Source: Escherichia phage KK4
DNA length: 64,000 nt
Reading direction: 5' to 3' (one strand)
Sequence record: OR327750.1
Below the pieces are notes generated by a model. It ran no database searches. It saw only the letters and a program-made list of their open reading frames with translations, and was not told where the DNA came from. Made by a program: the position numbers and the translations under genes. Shown one piece after another: positions 62,858 through 64,000 of this stretch; within the stretch, counting starts at the first letter, position 1, and every line of letters starts with the position of its first letter.

Positions 62858-64000
62858 TACTGGCTCATCCATTCTTTACGAAGGTCAGCATTATCTCCCA
62901 TGAGCATTTCAAAAAGCTCTTTCCAGTTCTCAGGAAGTTTAACAACATCATATACTGGATTTTGAATCATCTCACGATATTCAGATTTTTCCAAAGAGCC
63001 AAGTCCTTTAATATAACGGATGCTATGTTTAGGTAGAGCATCTTTGGCACTCTCATATTCAGCGACTGTATAAAACCATTCTTGTTTTTTACCGACCTGA
63101 GCGATGATTACAGGAGTTTTGACAAAGCGAATTCTTCCTTGCTCAAACAATTCTGGCCAATTACTAAAAAATCCGAGCAGAGAAGGATAAATGCTTCCTA
63201 GACCATCATGGTCAGCATCAGTCATAATAGCGATATTATGATAATTCAAGTTTTCGGCTTTTTCACCAAGAACTAATCCAGTGATTGCGCAAATATCAAA
63301 CAGTTCTTTGTTTTTAAGCATATCAGCATATGACATACCCCAGCTGTTAAGAACTTTACCGCGTAATGGATAACCACCATGAAGTTCTTTATCACGAACA
63401 TCAATAAGATATCCGATAGCCGAATCACCCTCAGTTAAGAATAATGTAGTATCAGCATCTTTACCGCAAAGATTCGCTTTGATATGTTTATGAACCTTAG
63501 CTTTAGAAGCCTTTTTAGCTGCTTTAGTTTCTGCTGCTTTTTCTGCCGCCAATTTACGAGCCAAAGCAGCTTCAATAATCGGCATTAGAATTGCTTCATT
63601 ATTTAGAATAGCACGTGAAATCTTTTTAGCATCAAGCTGAATATGACTACGGATTTCACCAAATGGAGAAGTCAAACGCTCTTTAGTTTGAGAATCAAAT
63701 CGCATGTTTTTCATATCACGGACAAACATAACGATAGTCAAACATTCTTTAACGCGTGCTTTAGTCACATCAATTTTGAACTTACGTTTGATTTGTGGAA
63801 TAAGGTCTTCACAAATATCATCCATAACACAGTCAATGTGATGGCCACCATTCTTAGTGTGAATGTTATTAACATAAGTTAATTGACGAAAACCATCCGG
63901 TGAACGACCAACCGCAATAGAACAATTTTCTTGTTCTTGAACAATAGCATGTTCATCATACTGTCGTGCATATTTCTTAAAATTGCCCTGAACCTTTTTA
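62857..64000 (-). CDS. 39: DNA topoisomerase II large subunit, 3' part only (frame open to the window edge); gene 39 and gene-60-equivalent sequence are contiguous
   Basis: Toprim motif LFLTEGDSA, and the segment corresponding to recalled T4 gp60 (…NVAIMTDADHDGLGSIYPSLLGFFSNWPELFEQGRIRFVKTPVII…EWMSQ) in the same ORF; hand translation upstream of 63825 shows no stop. Confidence 0.88.
   Translation of the reverse strand, partial: KKVQGNFKKYARQYDEHAIVQEQENCSIAVGRSPDGFRQLTYVNNIHTKNGGHHIDCVMDDICEDLIPQIKRKFKIDVTKARVKECLTIVMFVRDMKNMRFDSQTKERLTSPFGEIRSHIQLDAKKISRAILNNEAILMPIIEAALARKLAAEKAAETKAAKKASKAKVHKHIKANLCGKDADTTLFLTEGDSAIGYLIDVRDKELHGGYPLRGKVLNSWGMSYADMLKNKELFDICAITGLVLGEKAENLNYHNIAIMTDADHDGLGSIYPSLLGFFSNWPELFEQGRIRFVKTPVIIAQVGKKQEWFYTVAEYESAKDALPKHSIRYIKGLGSLEKSEYREMIQNPVYDVVKLPENWKELFEMLMGDNADLRKEWMSQ

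Overview
This window is a contiguous segment of a T4-like (T-even, Tequatrovirus-type) bacteriophage genome, collinear with the T4 map from 24.3/hoc through rIIA to the 3' part of topoisomerase gene 39. Many products are recognisable by sequence and length: Hoc, Inh, UvsW, UvsY, baseplate proteins gp25/26/51/27/28/29/48/54, Alt, DNA ligase gp30, rIII, gp31, dCMP deaminase, polynucleotide kinase, spanins, Alc, RNA ligase 1, EndoII, NrdB/NrdA, Td, Frd, gp32, gp59, gp33, DsbA, RNase H, long tail fibre gp34-37, gp38, holin T, AsiA, Arn, MotA, gp52, Ac, Stp, Ndd, EndoIV, rIIB and rIIA. Early and delayed-early genes are on the minus strand behind repeated GTTTAC-type early promoters; late structural genes carry TATAAATA late promoters. 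The phage is not reference T4. It has an extra tandem Ig-like domain in Hoc, no homing-endonuclease ORF between inh and uvsW, intron-less nrdB and td, a T2-type glycine-rich gp38 adhesin with a gp37 carrying a C-terminal self-cleaving chaperone domain, and a contiguous gene 39 without the gene 60 split. Candidate accessory loci are an ORF between td and frd, a two-ORF cassette between frd.3 and gene 32 (one product strongly acidic), a second full-length Alt-family ADP-ribosyltransferase next to alt, and several sub-60-aa translationally coupled ORFs missing from the ORF track. No tRNA, rRNA, CRISPR array or transposon was seen. All identifications rest on reading the sequence and on recalled T4 biology; no database search was run, and the novelty claims in particular depend on my recollection of the T4 gene order.
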